A DNA stretch of 64,000 nucleotides from Faecousia sp. (GCA_045532105.1 JAZSFE010000034.1:11186-75185), one strand, 5' to 3'. Positions 1-9,217 are shown, counted from the stretch's first letter. The notes: generated from the sequence alone by a model not told the origin. Numbers and translations are program-made.

Positions 1-421
1 CCGCCACGGAGTAAGATCCAACATTGGTGCGATCCATATAAGAATACAAACAGTCATAGGCGGTATTTTCAAAAGCCCAGTCTCTTACCGCTCTTGCCGC
101 CTCGGTGCCAAAACCCTGTCGCCAAAACTTTTTGTTGAAGTGATAGCCGATCTCAGGTAGCTTTGCCCCATCAATATTTTGGATGGTAACACCGCAATCT
201 CCGATCATCTCCCCTGTTTCTTTTAAAATTACCGCCCACCAGCCGAAGCCGTGTTCCCGATAATTTTGAAAACTCCATTTCAGCCATCGCCATGTACCCT
301 CCTCGTCATAGGGTTTGGGGTAATGCTCCATGGTCACAGGATCTGACAGGATCTCAAACAACGCGTCAAAGTCCGCTTCCGTATATTCTCTTAAAAAGAG
401 CCTTTGGGTTTCTAAAATCAT
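1..421 (-). CDS. GNAT family N-acetyltransferase (RimJ/RimL-like), 3' end runs off the window
   Basis: Not in the ORF track. Manual translation from ATG at 421: MILETQRLFLREYTEADFDALFEILSDPVTMEHYP...EIGYHFNKKFWRQGFGTEAA, with typical RimJ/L motifs (LETxRL, EIGY, WxxGxxTEAA). Confidence 0.85.
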   Translation of the reverse strand, partial: MILETQRLFLREYTEADFDALFEILSDPVTMEHYPKPYDEEGTWRWLKWSFQNYREHGFGWWAVILKETGEMIGDCGVTIQNIDGAKLPEIGYHFNKKFWRQGFGTEAARAVRDWAFENTAYDCLYSYMDRTNVGSYSVA

Positions 422-428
422 ACGCTTG

Positions 429-1121
429 TTAAATGCCCGTTACAGCATCAATGGGCAGGGACATGACGATACCCTTAGCCTTGCTGTGCATACCGCACCG
501 CTCGCCAATGCTCTGCATAATGGGAATTTTATCCGCAGCCTCGGCGATGATCATAACGATCTCCTTTTCTTCCTGCATGCTAAGACCCCAGAAGCCGGTG
601 GCCTCATCATTGGCGATCCGACGGCTGTGGATCACAGTGCCGCCCTTAGCGCCAACGCTCTTGGCCGCCTCCATGACATCACCGCTAAATCCGCGGTCTG
701 TAATTGCTACGATCAGCGCGTGTTTCATTTCTGCCATTTCCACTTTATCCTTTCCTTCCGAGCTTAAGCCGCTGTCCTCAGCATTTTGTGTGAGAATGCG
801 AAGAATCAGATTGTTGATGCCGCTCAGCGGCACAGTAAAGGCGATGCCGCTGTTCACAGCGTGCATTTGCAATTCTGCTTTCAATTTTTTCAGCATGCTG
901 TCTGCCAGTTCCTTCGGCAGCAAACTCATAAGCACGCATTTGTCAATGCTGCCCAATCCCAGCATATCCATGATCTCGCTGGAAGCCGTGCCTTGGGCAT
1001 TAAACCGGTACTGCAGCGGAGACTGAACCTGCTTGAATATATCTGCCGCCTCTTCGGCAAGCTTCGGGGTGGTGATCAACGTGAACAGCCGATACGCTGC
1101 TTTCTTCTGAATGTTCTCCAC
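429..1121 (-). CDS. Tandem P-II-like domain protein (DUF1538-associated)
   Basis: Two PII-like halves (AQGTA...SGIAFTVPLSG and GAKGGTVIHSR...EEKEIVMI...KGIVMSLPIDAVTG); directly downstream of the DUF1538 gene. Confidence 0.75.
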   Translation of the reverse strand: MENIQKKAAYRLFTLITTPKLAEEAADIFKQVQSPLQYRFNAQGTASSEIMDMLGLGSIDKCVLMSLLPKELADSMLKKLKAELQMHAVNSGIAFTVPLSGINNLILRILTQNAEDSGLSSEGKDKVEMAEMKHALIVAITDRGFSGDVMEAAKSVGAKGGTVIHSRRIANDEATGFWGLSMQEEKEIVMIIAEAADKIPIMQSIGERCGMHSKAKGIVMSLPIDAVTGI

Positions 1122-1124
1122 AGT

Positions 1125-2651
1125 TCAACCCTCCTCGAGATCCACAATGACATCGCTGTCGTCGGGAAGTTCTGCAACCTGCTCCACCTGCTTTTGCTGC
1201 TTGCTGGTCTTGATCTGATACACAAGTCCCATAAGCTGGATGGCAATAAGAGGTGTCAGCGCAACCAGCGCCACTACACCAAAGGCATCTGTCATCAAAT
1301 TGCCGCCAAGGGCATCGCAGACACCGATACTCAAAGGCAGCAGGAATGTGGATGTCATCGGTCCGCTGGCAACGCCACCGGAGTCAAAGGCAATACCCAC
1401 GAAAATCTTGGGAACAAATCGTGACAGCACCAGCGCAATCAGATAGCCGGGAATAACGATCCACTGGATGGAAATGCCCGTAAGTACCCGCAGCATGGCA
1501 AGACCCACACTGATGGCAACACCGATGGACATGCAGCGGTTCATCATCTTTACAGAGATCGCGCCATCCGTTACGCTTTCCACCTGGTGATTCAGCACCT
1601 GAATAGCAGGCTCCGCTTTGACGATGTAATAACCAATCACCATGCCAATGGGGATAAGTACCCAATTATAAGGCAAAGATGCCAGTTCTTTGCCCAAAGA
1701 AGAACCCACCGGAGCAAAACCGATATTCACGCCGCAAAGGAACAGCACCAGACCGACATAGGTATACACCGTACCAATGATGATACGCTTGACCTGCCGG
1801 GCCTGATAACGATGGGTACTGAGCTGGAAGATCACAAAAACCGCCACGATAGGGGCAAGAGAAATAAACACCTCACCCACATAGGCAGGAATGCCTGTGA
1901 TAAAGATCTTTACCACATCCAAAGTAGTGACCACCGTGGCCACATCCGCCAAAGTGAAAACCGCCTCCGTAGGCTTATAGAAGCAGCCTAAGATCAGCAC
2001 CGCCAAAATCGGGCCGACGCTGGAAAGCGCCACAAGGCCGAAGCTGTCGCTGGCAGAGTTTTGGTCGCTTCTGACTGAGGCAAGACCAACACCCATGGCC
2101 ATGATAAAGGGCACGGTCATAGGTCCTGTGGTAACACCGCCGGAATCAAAAGCCACAGCCAAAAACTCCTGAGGAATAAAGAAAGAGCCGCCGATCAGCA
2201 GTGCATACAAAACGATCAAAACTGCTGACAAGCTGATCTTATACCGGATACGGATAATGGCAAGTGCCAGGAACAGACCCACGCCTACCGCCACCGTTAA
2301 AATCAACACTTCATTCGGAACGGAAGGCACCTGCTCTGCAAGCACCTGAAGATCCGGTTCAGATATGGTAATGATCGCGCCCATTATAAAACCAATGAGC
2401 AGAACCATCCACAATTTTTTGGTTTTGGAAATTTGAACACCAATACCCTCACCCAAAGGGGTCATGGCAATTTCTGCGCCCAACTGGAAAAAGCCCATGC
2501 CAAAAATCAGCATAATGGCGCCTACGAGGAACATTACAAATTCCCCCAGCTCCACCGGGACAAAGAAAATGCTGATAAACAGCACGATACCTGTAATAGG
2601 AAGAACGGCAGAAAGCGATTCCAATGTTTTTTCTTTTAATTTCGGATTCAA
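1125..2651 (-). CDS. DUF1538 family membrane protein (tandem-duplicated)
   Basis: Hydrophobic protein with repeated SEPDL/AEPAI, AFDSGGVTTGPMTVPF/AFDSGGVASGPMTSTF and DSFGLVAL/DAFGVVAL motifs. Confidence 0.85.
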   Translation of the reverse strand: MNPKLKEKTLESLSAVLPITGIVLFISIFFVPVELGEFVMFLVGAIMLIFGMGFFQLGAEIAMTPLGEGIGVQISKTKKLWMVLLIGFIMGAIITISEPDLQVLAEQVPSVPNEVLILTVAVGVGLFLALAIIRIRYKISLSAVLIVLYALLIGGSFFIPQEFLAVAFDSGGVTTGPMTVPFIMAMGVGLASVRSDQNSASDSFGLVALSSVGPILAVLILGCFYKPTEAVFTLADVATVVTTLDVVKIFITGIPAYVGEVFISLAPIVAVFVIFQLSTHRYQARQVKRIIIGTVYTYVGLVLFLCGVNIGFAPVGSSLGKELASLPYNWVLIPIGMVIGYYIVKAEPAIQVLNHQVESVTDGAISVKMMNRCMSIGVAISVGLAMLRVLTGISIQWIVIPGYLIALVLSRFVPKIFVGIAFDSGGVASGPMTSTFLLPLSIGVCDALGGNLMTDAFGVVALVALTPLIAIQLMGLVYQIKTSKQQKQVEQVAELPDDSDVIVDLEEG

Positions 2652-2765
2652 AACTACACCGTCCTTTCTGAAAATTACAAAATTCTGCTTAACGAAGTGA
2701 TTATAACATAGAAACCAAAGGAAATCTACCCTTCCCCTTGGGTAAAAGTTAATATTTATGCAGAA

Positions 2766-2793
2766 AAAGCGGCATCTTTTATGATGCCGCTTT
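2766..2793 (-). terminator. Intrinsic terminator of the feo operon
   Basis: AAAGCGGCAT...ATGCCGCTTT stem, followed by a T-run on the minus strand. Confidence 0.7.
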
Positions 2794-2795
2794 CC

Positions 2796-2933
2796 TTATT
2801 CTTTTCCTTTGGAACAGTTTTTGCAGTTGCTGCAATTCCCACTGCAACCGCCTGTCTTTCGACTTTTATACACGCTGCGGGCACAGAATACCACAATAAC
2901 GGCCAAGATTCCGATCACAAGAAGATCTCCCAT
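2796..2933 (-). CDS. FeoB-associated Cys-rich small membrane protein (45 aa)
   Basis: MGDLLVIGILAVIVVFCARSVYKSRKTGGCSGNCSNCKNCSKGKE: one TM helix plus CxxxCxxCxxC; AGGAGG RBS just after the feoB stop; below the ORF-track cutoff. Confidence 0.85.
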   Translation of the reverse strand: MGDLLVIGILAVIVVFCARSVYKSRKTGGCSGNCSNCKNCSKGKE

Positions 2934-2943
2934 AAGAACCTCC

Positions 2944-5118
2944 TTACACCTTCGCGGTCAGCTTTTCCCGACTATACCCCTTGCGCAGCAAAAGGTACGC
3001 AAGTGCAGCCAGCGCACCCACAGCAAGCACAGTAAAGATGCCAAATGTCGCTTCCCCTGTGAAAAGGCCGCCCAGCTGATAGGATATCAATGCCGCCGCA
3101 TAGGCAAAGGCGCACATGTAGCCAATGGTGAGCCAAGTCCACTTGACGCTGCCCATTTCCCGCCTAATAGCACCGATGGCCGCAAAACAAGGCGCGCACA
3201 GAAGGTTAAAGACCATAAAACTGTATGCCCGGGCAGGCCCGAAATCCGCTGCCACCAAGGCCCAGATCTCATTGCCCGATTCACTAAGCTCCCCGGCATA
3301 ATTATACAGCGTGCCAAAGGTCATGACCACTTCTTCCTTGGCGATCAGGCCGGTCACCGAAGCCACAGCTGCTTTCCATGCCATATCCCCTGTCCAGCCA
3401 AGGGGATAGAAGATCCACGCGATCGCCTTGCCCAAAACCGCAAGCAAGGACTGATTGTTATCCTCCACTGCCCGGAACGCTCCGTCTACCACACCATAGC
3501 TCTGCAAGAACCACAGCACCATGGAGCTTAAAAGCACGATGGTGAGCGCCCGTTTTACGAAATCCCAGCCACGCTCCATGGTAGAGCGGGCCACATTGCG
3601 CAAAGAGGGCATATGGTAAGCGGGCAGCTCCATGACAAAGGGCGCAGGCTTTCCTGCAAAAGTTTTGAATTTCTTAAGGATCACACCGGAAAGGACCACA
3701 GCAGCAATACCGATGATAAAAGCAGATACCGCCACCAGGGGAGAATTTCCAAATACCGCACCGGCAAACAAGCCGATAATGGGCATTTTTGCACCACAGG
3801 GGATAAAACCCGTGGTCATAACAGTGATCTTCCGGTCATTTTCCTGCTCAATGGTGCGGGACGCCAAAATTCCGGGCACGCCGCAGCCTGTGGCCACCAG
3901 CATGGGAATAATGGACTTTCCGGAGAGGCCAAATTTGCGCAGGATCCTGTCCATGATAAAAGCGACCCGGGACATATATCCCACATCCTCCAATATGGAC
4001 AGCAGCAGACTCAGCACCAAAATCTGCGGCACAAAACCAAGCACCGCTCCCACGCCTGCCATAATGCCGTCAACGATCAAGCTGTACAGCCAGCCGCTGA
4101 CTCCCAACGCTGTCAGCACAGAGTCCAGCAAACTAGGTATCCATTGCCCAAACAGCACATCATTGGCCCAATCCGTACCCATGGTGCCAATGGAAAACGG
4201 GAAGCTTCCCATGGCAATGGCGTACATCAAGAACATAACGCCTGCAAAAATGGGCAAAGCCAACACCCGATGGGTAAGCAACCGGTCTACCCGGTCGGAC
4301 ATGGTCATGGCATGCTTGGGCGCTTTCTTTTTTACCGCCCGGCTCACCACATTGCCAATGTAAGTATACCGCTGGTCTGCGATAATGCTTTCCGCATCAT
4401 CATCCATTTCCTTTTCGCAATCCGCAATATGCTCTTCCAGGTGATCCAGCAATTCCTGAGAAAGCCCCACTTCCCTACGCACATGCTCATCCCGCTCAAA
4501 GAGCTTAATGGCAAAGTAGCGCAAATAGTTATCCGGTACTTTCCCCTCCACGGATTCCTCGATATGGGCCAACGCATGCTCCACACTTCCGTTGAACACA
4601 TGGGGCATCTGACCGTGGGTATGATCCCGTGCCAGCTCCACCGCCTTTTGCGCCGCTTCCAGACAACCTTCGCCTTTCAGCGCGCTGATCTCCATCACTG
4701 TACAGCCCAAGGCCCGACCCAGCTTTTCCAAGTCTACCTTATCGCCGTTTTTCCGCACAAGGTCGATCATATTCACCGCCACCACCACCGGGTGACCCAG
4801 TTCAATAAGCTGGGTGGTGAGATATAGATTTCGCTCGATATTCGTTCCATCCACAATGTTCAAAATAGCATCGGGATGCTCATTGACAAGATATGTACGG
4901 GTAACCACTTCCTCCGGGGAATAAGGGGACAAAGAATAAATTCCGGGCAGATCCTGAATGATCACATCCGTCTGACCTTTCAGCGCGCCCTCTTTCTTCT
5001 CCACCGTAACACCCGGCCAGTTGCCCACATACTGATTAGATCCTGTGAGGACATTAAACAGCGTGGTCTTTCCGCAGTTGGGGTTGCCCGCCAAAGCAAT
5101 TTTGATCGTTTGCATCAT
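2944..5118 (-). CDS. feoB: Ferrous iron transport protein B
   Basis: GNPNCGKT, VGNWPGVTVEKKEG, DLPGIYSL and NMID GTPase motifs plus a polytopic membrane domain. Confidence 0.97.
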   Translation of the reverse strand: MMQTIKIALAGNPNCGKTTLFNVLTGSNQYVGNWPGVTVEKKEGALKGQTDVIIQDLPGIYSLSPYSPEEVVTRTYLVNEHPDAILNIVDGTNIERNLYLTTQLIELGHPVVVAVNMIDLVRKNGDKVDLEKLGRALGCTVMEISALKGEGCLEAAQKAVELARDHTHGQMPHVFNGSVEHALAHIEESVEGKVPDNYLRYFAIKLFERDEHVRREVGLSQELLDHLEEHIADCEKEMDDDAESIIADQRYTYIGNVVSRAVKKKAPKHAMTMSDRVDRLLTHRVLALPIFAGVMFLMYAIAMGSFPFSIGTMGTDWANDVLFGQWIPSLLDSVLTALGVSGWLYSLIVDGIMAGVGAVLGFVPQILVLSLLLSILEDVGYMSRVAFIMDRILRKFGLSGKSIIPMLVATGCGVPGILASRTIEQENDRKITVMTTGFIPCGAKMPIIGLFAGAVFGNSPLVAVSAFIIGIAAVVLSGVILKKFKTFAGKPAPFVMELPAYHMPSLRNVARSTMERGWDFVKRALTIVLLSSMVLWFLQSYGVVDGAFRAVEDNNQSLLAVLGKAIAWIFYPLGWTGDMAWKAAVASVTGLIAKEEVVMTFGTLYNYAGELSESGNEIWALVAADFGPARAYSFMVFNLLCAPCFAAIGAIRREMGSVKWTWLTIGYMCAFAYAAALISYQLGGLFTGEATFGIFTVLAVGALAALAYLLLRKGYSREKLTAKV

Positions 5119-5336
5119 ACAATCTCCACCATTTCTCCGTCGGCTCTGCGCAAAGACAGCTCATAGCCCCGAACATTGACCTCAATGGGGTCACCCAACG
5201 GCGCAACTTTACGAACATAAACCTCCACGCCCTTGGTAATACCCATATCCATAATCCTGCGTCGAACCGCACCCTCCCCGTGGAGCTTCACCACGGTGAC
5301 AGTCTGGCCCACCTTTGCATCCTTTAATGTTCGCAC
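5115..5336 (-). CDS. feoA: Ferrous iron transport protein A
   Basis: RRRIMDMGITKG...APLGDPIEVNVRGYELSLRR signature; overlaps the feoB start. Confidence 0.95.
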   Translation of the reverse strand: MRTLKDAKVGQTVTVVKLHGEGAVRRRIMDMGITKGVEVYVRKVAPLGDPIEVNVRGYELSLRRADGEMVEIV

Positions 5337-5356
5337 AGGAATCCCTCCTTATCATT

Positions 5357-5404
5357 GTTAGCATATGCTAACCGATTGCAAAAAATTTAATTAGCCTCCG
5401 CTAA
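5357..5404. promoter_or_regulatory. Two TTAGC-N4-GCTAA palindromes, candidate metal-dependent repressor (DtxR/MntR-like) operators
   Basis: GTTAGCATATGCTAAC (5357-5372, perfect palindrome) and TTAGCCTCCGCTAA (5391-5404), between the feo promoter and feoA. Confidence 0.65.
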
Positions 5405-5414
5405 CTTCCTGCCT

Positions 5415-5443
5415 ATCATACTCTTTCCCCCGCAGTTTGTCAA
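5415..5443 (-). promoter_or_regulatory. Sigma-A promoter of feoAB
   Basis: TTGACA-17 bp-TATGAT on the minus strand. Confidence 0.7.
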
Positions 5444-5584
5444 GAAATTTTTTGAAATTTTTTCCTTTTTAAGAAAATATCTTTCTAATTTTAGGCAACA
5501 GTTCCTTGGAATGACAACGGTAATTTTCTCCGCCTTTTTTTGTGTATTGTGATGAAAAAACTTTGGAAAAGCCTTGATTTGCTC

Positions 5585-5613
5585 TTGCTTTTTGTGCGTT
5601 ATACCTTTATAAT
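5585..5613 (+). promoter_or_regulatory. Sigma-A promoter of minD
   Basis: TTGCTT-17 bp-TATAAT. Confidence 0.6.
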
Positions 5614-5645
5614 AAGGATAAACTGTTAACAAGGAGGCGAAGGCT

Positions 5646-6383
5646 ATGGGCGAACTGATCGCTGTGCTGTCCGGTAAGGGCGGTACAGGAAAAACTTCCG
5701 TCTGCGCAGGCCTTGCCACCGCCTTGGCGCAAGCAGGCCATCGGGTGCTCTGCATCGACTGCGATATTGGTCTCAGAAACCTGGATATTGCCCTTGGCTT
5801 GACCGAAACTGCCCCCATTTCTTTTCTGGACGTCTGCCGGGGAGATTATCAGCTGGCAGATGCGCTGAAGCACCCCATGTTCCCGGAACTGTATTTTCTT
5901 ACCGCACCGGTCAACTGCCGGTCTGACCAGATCGACCGTACTGCTTTCAGCAGCATGCTGCGTCAGGCCCGGGAAGAATTTAAGTATGTATTCCTGGATG
6001 CCCCTGCGGGTATCGAATTAGGCTTTTCCCTTTGCGCGTCTTATGCTGACCGGGTGCTGCTGGTCACCAACCCCGAACCCTCTGCCATCCGGGATGCTTC
6101 CCGAGCAGGAGAGGCGCTGGAGCTCATGGGAAAATCTGATGTGCGTCTGATCATCAACCGAATCGGCAAAAAAATGCTTGCCGCCATGGATCTGACTGTA
6201 GATGATATTATGGACGATGCCGGCCTTCCTCTGCTGGGCATCATCCCCGAGGATCCCAATGTAACCCTGGCCGCCAGCTTTGAAATACCGCTGCTGCGGC
6301 AATCCCGGCGGGGCGCAGCCGCCGCCTGCCGGCGCATCGCCAAAAGGATTCAGGGCCAAAAGGTCCCTGTTCCCTTCCGGTAA
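5646..6383 (+). CDS. minD: Septum site-determining ATPase MinD-like protein
   Basis: Deviant Walker A SGKGGTGKT, DCDIGLRNLD, DAPAGIELGF, PEPSAIRDASR and IPEDPNV motifs. Confidence 0.8.
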   Translation: MGELIAVLSGKGGTGKTSVCAGLATALAQAGHRVLCIDCDIGLRNLDIALGLTETAPISFLDVCRGDYQLADALKHPMFPELYFLTAPVNCRSDQIDRTAFSSMLRQAREEFKYVFLDAPAGIELGFSLCASYADRVLLVTNPEPSAIRDASRAGEALELMGKSDVRLIINRIGKKMLAAMDLTVDDIMDDAGLPLLGIIPEDPNVTLAASFEIPLLRQSRRGAAAACRRIAKRIQGQKVPVPFR

Positions 6384-6406
6384 TGAGATAAAGGAGTGAA
6401 TCTTGC

Positions 6407-6820
6407 GTGAATATTGCATTTCTGGCCCACGATAAAAAGAAAGAACTGATGGTTCAGTTCTGCACTGCATATAAAAGCGTTCTTTCCCGCCACAGTCTGT
6501 ACGCCACTGCCACCACCGGCAGGCTGATCGCAGACAACACGGGACTCCCTATCACTCTGCTGCTTTCCCATAAGCAGGGCGGTCATCAGCAGATCAACGC
6601 CCGCATTGCCTATAACGAGATCGATTTGGTGCTGCTGTTCTGCGACCCCAACGATACCGACCCTGGGGACGACAGTCAAACCTTGGAAACCATCCGCTTC
6701 TGCGATAAGCACAATGTTCCCATCGCCACCAATCTCGCCTGTGCGGAAATGCTCATTATGGGCCTGCAGCGCGGCGATCTGGACTGGCGGGAAATGCTCC
6801 ACCAGAAGCCGAAATATTGA
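6407..6820 (+). CDS. mgsA: Methylglyoxal synthase family protein (active site divergent)
   Basis: NIAFLAHDKKK, ATATTG, QQI, CD..NVPIATN MGS motifs. Confidence 0.75.
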   Translation: MNIAFLAHDKKKELMVQFCTAYKSVLSRHSLYATATTGRLIADNTGLPITLLLSHKQGGHQQINARIAYNEIDLVLLFCDPNDTDPGDDSQTLETIRFCDKHNVPIATNLACAEMLIMGLQRGDLDWREMLHQKPKY

Positions 6821-6828
6821 TATTTCCA

Positions 6829-6868
6829 TGAGGATACGGGGCATTTCCCCGTATCCTGCATCTTTTTA
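6829..6868 (+). terminator. Intrinsic terminator-like hairpin after mgsA
   Basis: AGGATACGGGG-CATTT-CCCCGTATCCT followed shortly by TTTTT. Confidence 0.6.
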
Positions 6869-6881
6869 CGGAGGAATGATT

Positions 6882-8237
6882 ATGAACATCATCAAACCCC
6901 GGACACTGTCCGGTTTTATGGAACTGCTGCCGGAAAAGCAGCAGCGCTTTGAACGCATGATGGAGATCCTGCGCACCACTTATGCATCCTATGGCTTTGC
7001 TCCCTTGGACACCCCCGCCATTGAGGATGCCCAGATCCTGCTGGCCAAGGGCGGCGGCGAAACAGAAAAGCAGATCTACCGCTTCCAAAAGGGCGACAGC
7101 GATCTGGCTCTGCGCTTTGACCTGACTGTTCCGCTGGCAAAGTATGTGGCGCTGCACTGCAACGAACTGGCCTTTCCCTTCCGCCGCTATCAGATCAGCA
7201 AGGTCTACCGTGGCGAGCGGGCACAAAGAGGTCGTTTCCGTGAATTTTATCAGGCAGATATTGATATCATTGGCGACGGCAAGCTGGACATTCTCAACGA
7301 GGCAGAGATCCCGGCCATTATTTACAAGGTCTTTAAGGGATTTGGCCTGAACCGCTTCCAAATTCGGGTGAACAACCGGAAAATTCTGAACGGCTTTTAT
7401 GCCATGCAGGAACTTACGGAAAAAAGCGGCGAGATCATGCGCACCGTGGACAAGCTGGATAAAATCGGTGCAGACAAGGTTCGTACCTGTCTGGTAGACG
7501 ATTGCGGCATTACCGCAGATCAAGCCGATGAGATTCTGAAATTTATTGCCATCACCGGCTCTAATGCTGAAGTTTTGACTTCCCTGGAAGCTTACACAGG
7601 CAAGAACGAACTGTTTGACCAGGGCCTTGCCGAGCTGAAGGCTGTTACCGACAATTTGGCCGCCTTTGGTGTGCCGGAGGAAAACTTTGCCGTGGATCTG
7701 ACCATCGCAAGAGGTCTTGACTACTATACCGGCACGGTTTACGAGACCACGCTCCTGGACCATCCGGAGATCGGTTCTGTATGCTCCGGCGGCCGCTATG
7801 ACAATCTTGCCGGCTATTACATTGAAAAAGCACTGCCGGGCGTGGGCATTTCCATTGGCCTTACCCGACTGTTCTATGTGCTTGATGAACAAGGTCTGCT
7901 GAACCCTGCTCTGCCCAGCGCCCCCTGCGACGCTTTGGTGCTGCCCATGACGGAAACCCCCGCCCCCGCCATCGCATTGGCGGAAACCTTGCGCAGCAAC
8001 GGCCTGCGGGTACAGTTTTACGGTGAACAGAAGAAGTTTAAGCAAAAAATGGCTTATGCCGACAAGCTGGGTGTGCCCTTTGCGGTGCTCTTGGGAGAGG
8101 ACGAAATCGCTGAAAACAAGTGCTCTGTGAAGAACATGGCCACCGGTGAGCAGTTAAAGCTGACGGCAGAAGATGCCGCTGCGTATATCCGCAGCACATT
8201 AACGAACAACCGCGGCCCGATCATCCTGGAAAAATAA
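6882..8237 (+). CDS. hisS: Histidine--tRNA ligase
   Basis: LRFDLTVP, YRGERAQRGRFREFYQAD, RGLDYYTG and GGRYDNL motifs; start placed at ATG after the GGAGG RBS. Confidence 0.97.
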   Translation: MNIIKPRTLSGFMELLPEKQQRFERMMEILRTTYASYGFAPLDTPAIEDAQILLAKGGGETEKQIYRFQKGDSDLALRFDLTVPLAKYVALHCNELAFPFRRYQISKVYRGERAQRGRFREFYQADIDIIGDGKLDILNEAEIPAIIYKVFKGFGLNRFQIRVNNRKILNGFYAMQELTEKSGEIMRTVDKLDKIGADKVRTCLVDDCGITADQADEILKFIAITGSNAEVLTSLEAYTGKNELFDQGLAELKAVTDNLAAFGVPEENFAVDLTIARGLDYYTGTVYETTLLDHPEIGSVCSGGRYDNLAGYYIEKALPGVGISIGLTRLFYVLDEQGLLNPALPSAPCDALVLPMTETPAPAIALAETLRSNGLRVQFYGEQKKFKQKMAYADKLGVPFAVLLGEDEIAENKCSVKNMATGEQLKLTAEDAAAYIRSTLTNNRGPIILEK

Positions 8238-8241
8238 AAAT

Positions 8242-8272
8242 ATGAGGCGTACCGAAAGCCGGTACGCCTCAT
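8242..8272. terminator. Bidirectional terminator
   Basis: ATGAGGCGTACCG-AAAGC-CGGTACGCCTCAT between convergent genes. Confidence 0.75.
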
Positions 8273-8277
8273 TTATT

Positions 8278-9057
8278 TTATCCAAAAACCTTGTCGAATT
8301 CCTGCCCCAGCTGACCGTTATAGGTCATATGCGCCTGAAGCTGAGAAAGCATTTCCGGGAACAGCTCCACTGCCTTTTCATAGCAATTCAGAAGCCCTTC
8401 ATCCAAATGGGCACAACGGGGGTTCGCCTCAGCAGTCATCACCATTCCCAGCAGCTCTGGTGCAAGCAATTTCATGCTCTTTTCCACCAGCGTTCTGCGG
8501 TGTCCCTCCGGCGCTGCCAATAATTTCACAGTAGCGGCCATGCTGCGCAGGGCATTGCGCACCTCCGCACTTCCTGCAGGGGGATAAAATTTTGCCACAG
8601 TTTCGCATTCTCCGGGAGTCAAATGCAAATGGGGGCTGAAATCCTGGCAATGCGGAGGAACTTTTCCGTCCAACTCCAATAAAAACCGGTCAAATTCCGT
8701 CTCCACCTCCGCATGGCTGGCTTCCAAGGTTTGATCCGCAAGGTAGCTATGGCAAACACTGTCCAGCACATAGTGGCAAAGCAAGCCGTACAAATATGCC
8801 TGTGATGCCTCGGACTTTTCAAGTCTTGCCATGCGGCAGACCCGCTGGAAGAATTCCCGCCCGGTCTGCTCATGAAATTTGATTCCCAAAAAGCCGGCTT
8901 TTGCATTCAGCACATTGGTATGATAGTAAAAAATATCCGGGCCGTGAAGACCCACATCGTACAACGACCGAAACCTCTGGATGGTCCGGCGGGCATCGGC
9001 AGGAATGGTGGGCAGCAACGCCACACCAAAGCGATAATGGGCATATACAGTGGGCAT
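8278..9057 (-). CDS. Zinc-dependent phospholipase C family protein
   Basis: MP..YAHY, GLHGPDIFYY, GLLCHYVLDSVCH and HAEVETEFD metal-ligand motifs. Confidence 0.75.
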   Translation of the reverse strand: MPTVYAHYRFGVALLPTIPADARRTIQRFRSLYDVGLHGPDIFYYHTNVLNAKAGFLGIKFHEQTGREFFQRVCRMARLEKSEASQAYLYGLLCHYVLDSVCHSYLADQTLEASHAEVETEFDRFLLELDGKVPPHCQDFSPHLHLTPGECETVAKFYPPAGSAEVRNALRSMAATVKLLAAPEGHRRTLVEKSMKLLAPELLGMVMTAEANPRCAHLDEGLLNCYEKAVELFPEMLSQLQAHMTYNGQLGQEFDKVFG

Positions 9058-9217
9058 GAGCTCCCTCCTTACTTAGGCGCATCCTCTCATAAGTTTATTC
9101 TACACGAATCCATTTAGAAACGCTAGTGTTTTTTAGGAAAATTTTTACAATATCATTGCTGTAAATTTGATTTTCCCCAGGCCGTGTGTTATAATGACGA
9201 AAACTGGAGGGATATGT

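Noticed and set aside
6606-6881. N-terminal extension of hisS in the ORF track
   Set aside because: Overlaps mgsA and a terminator hairpin; the GGAGG RBS points to 6876/6882.
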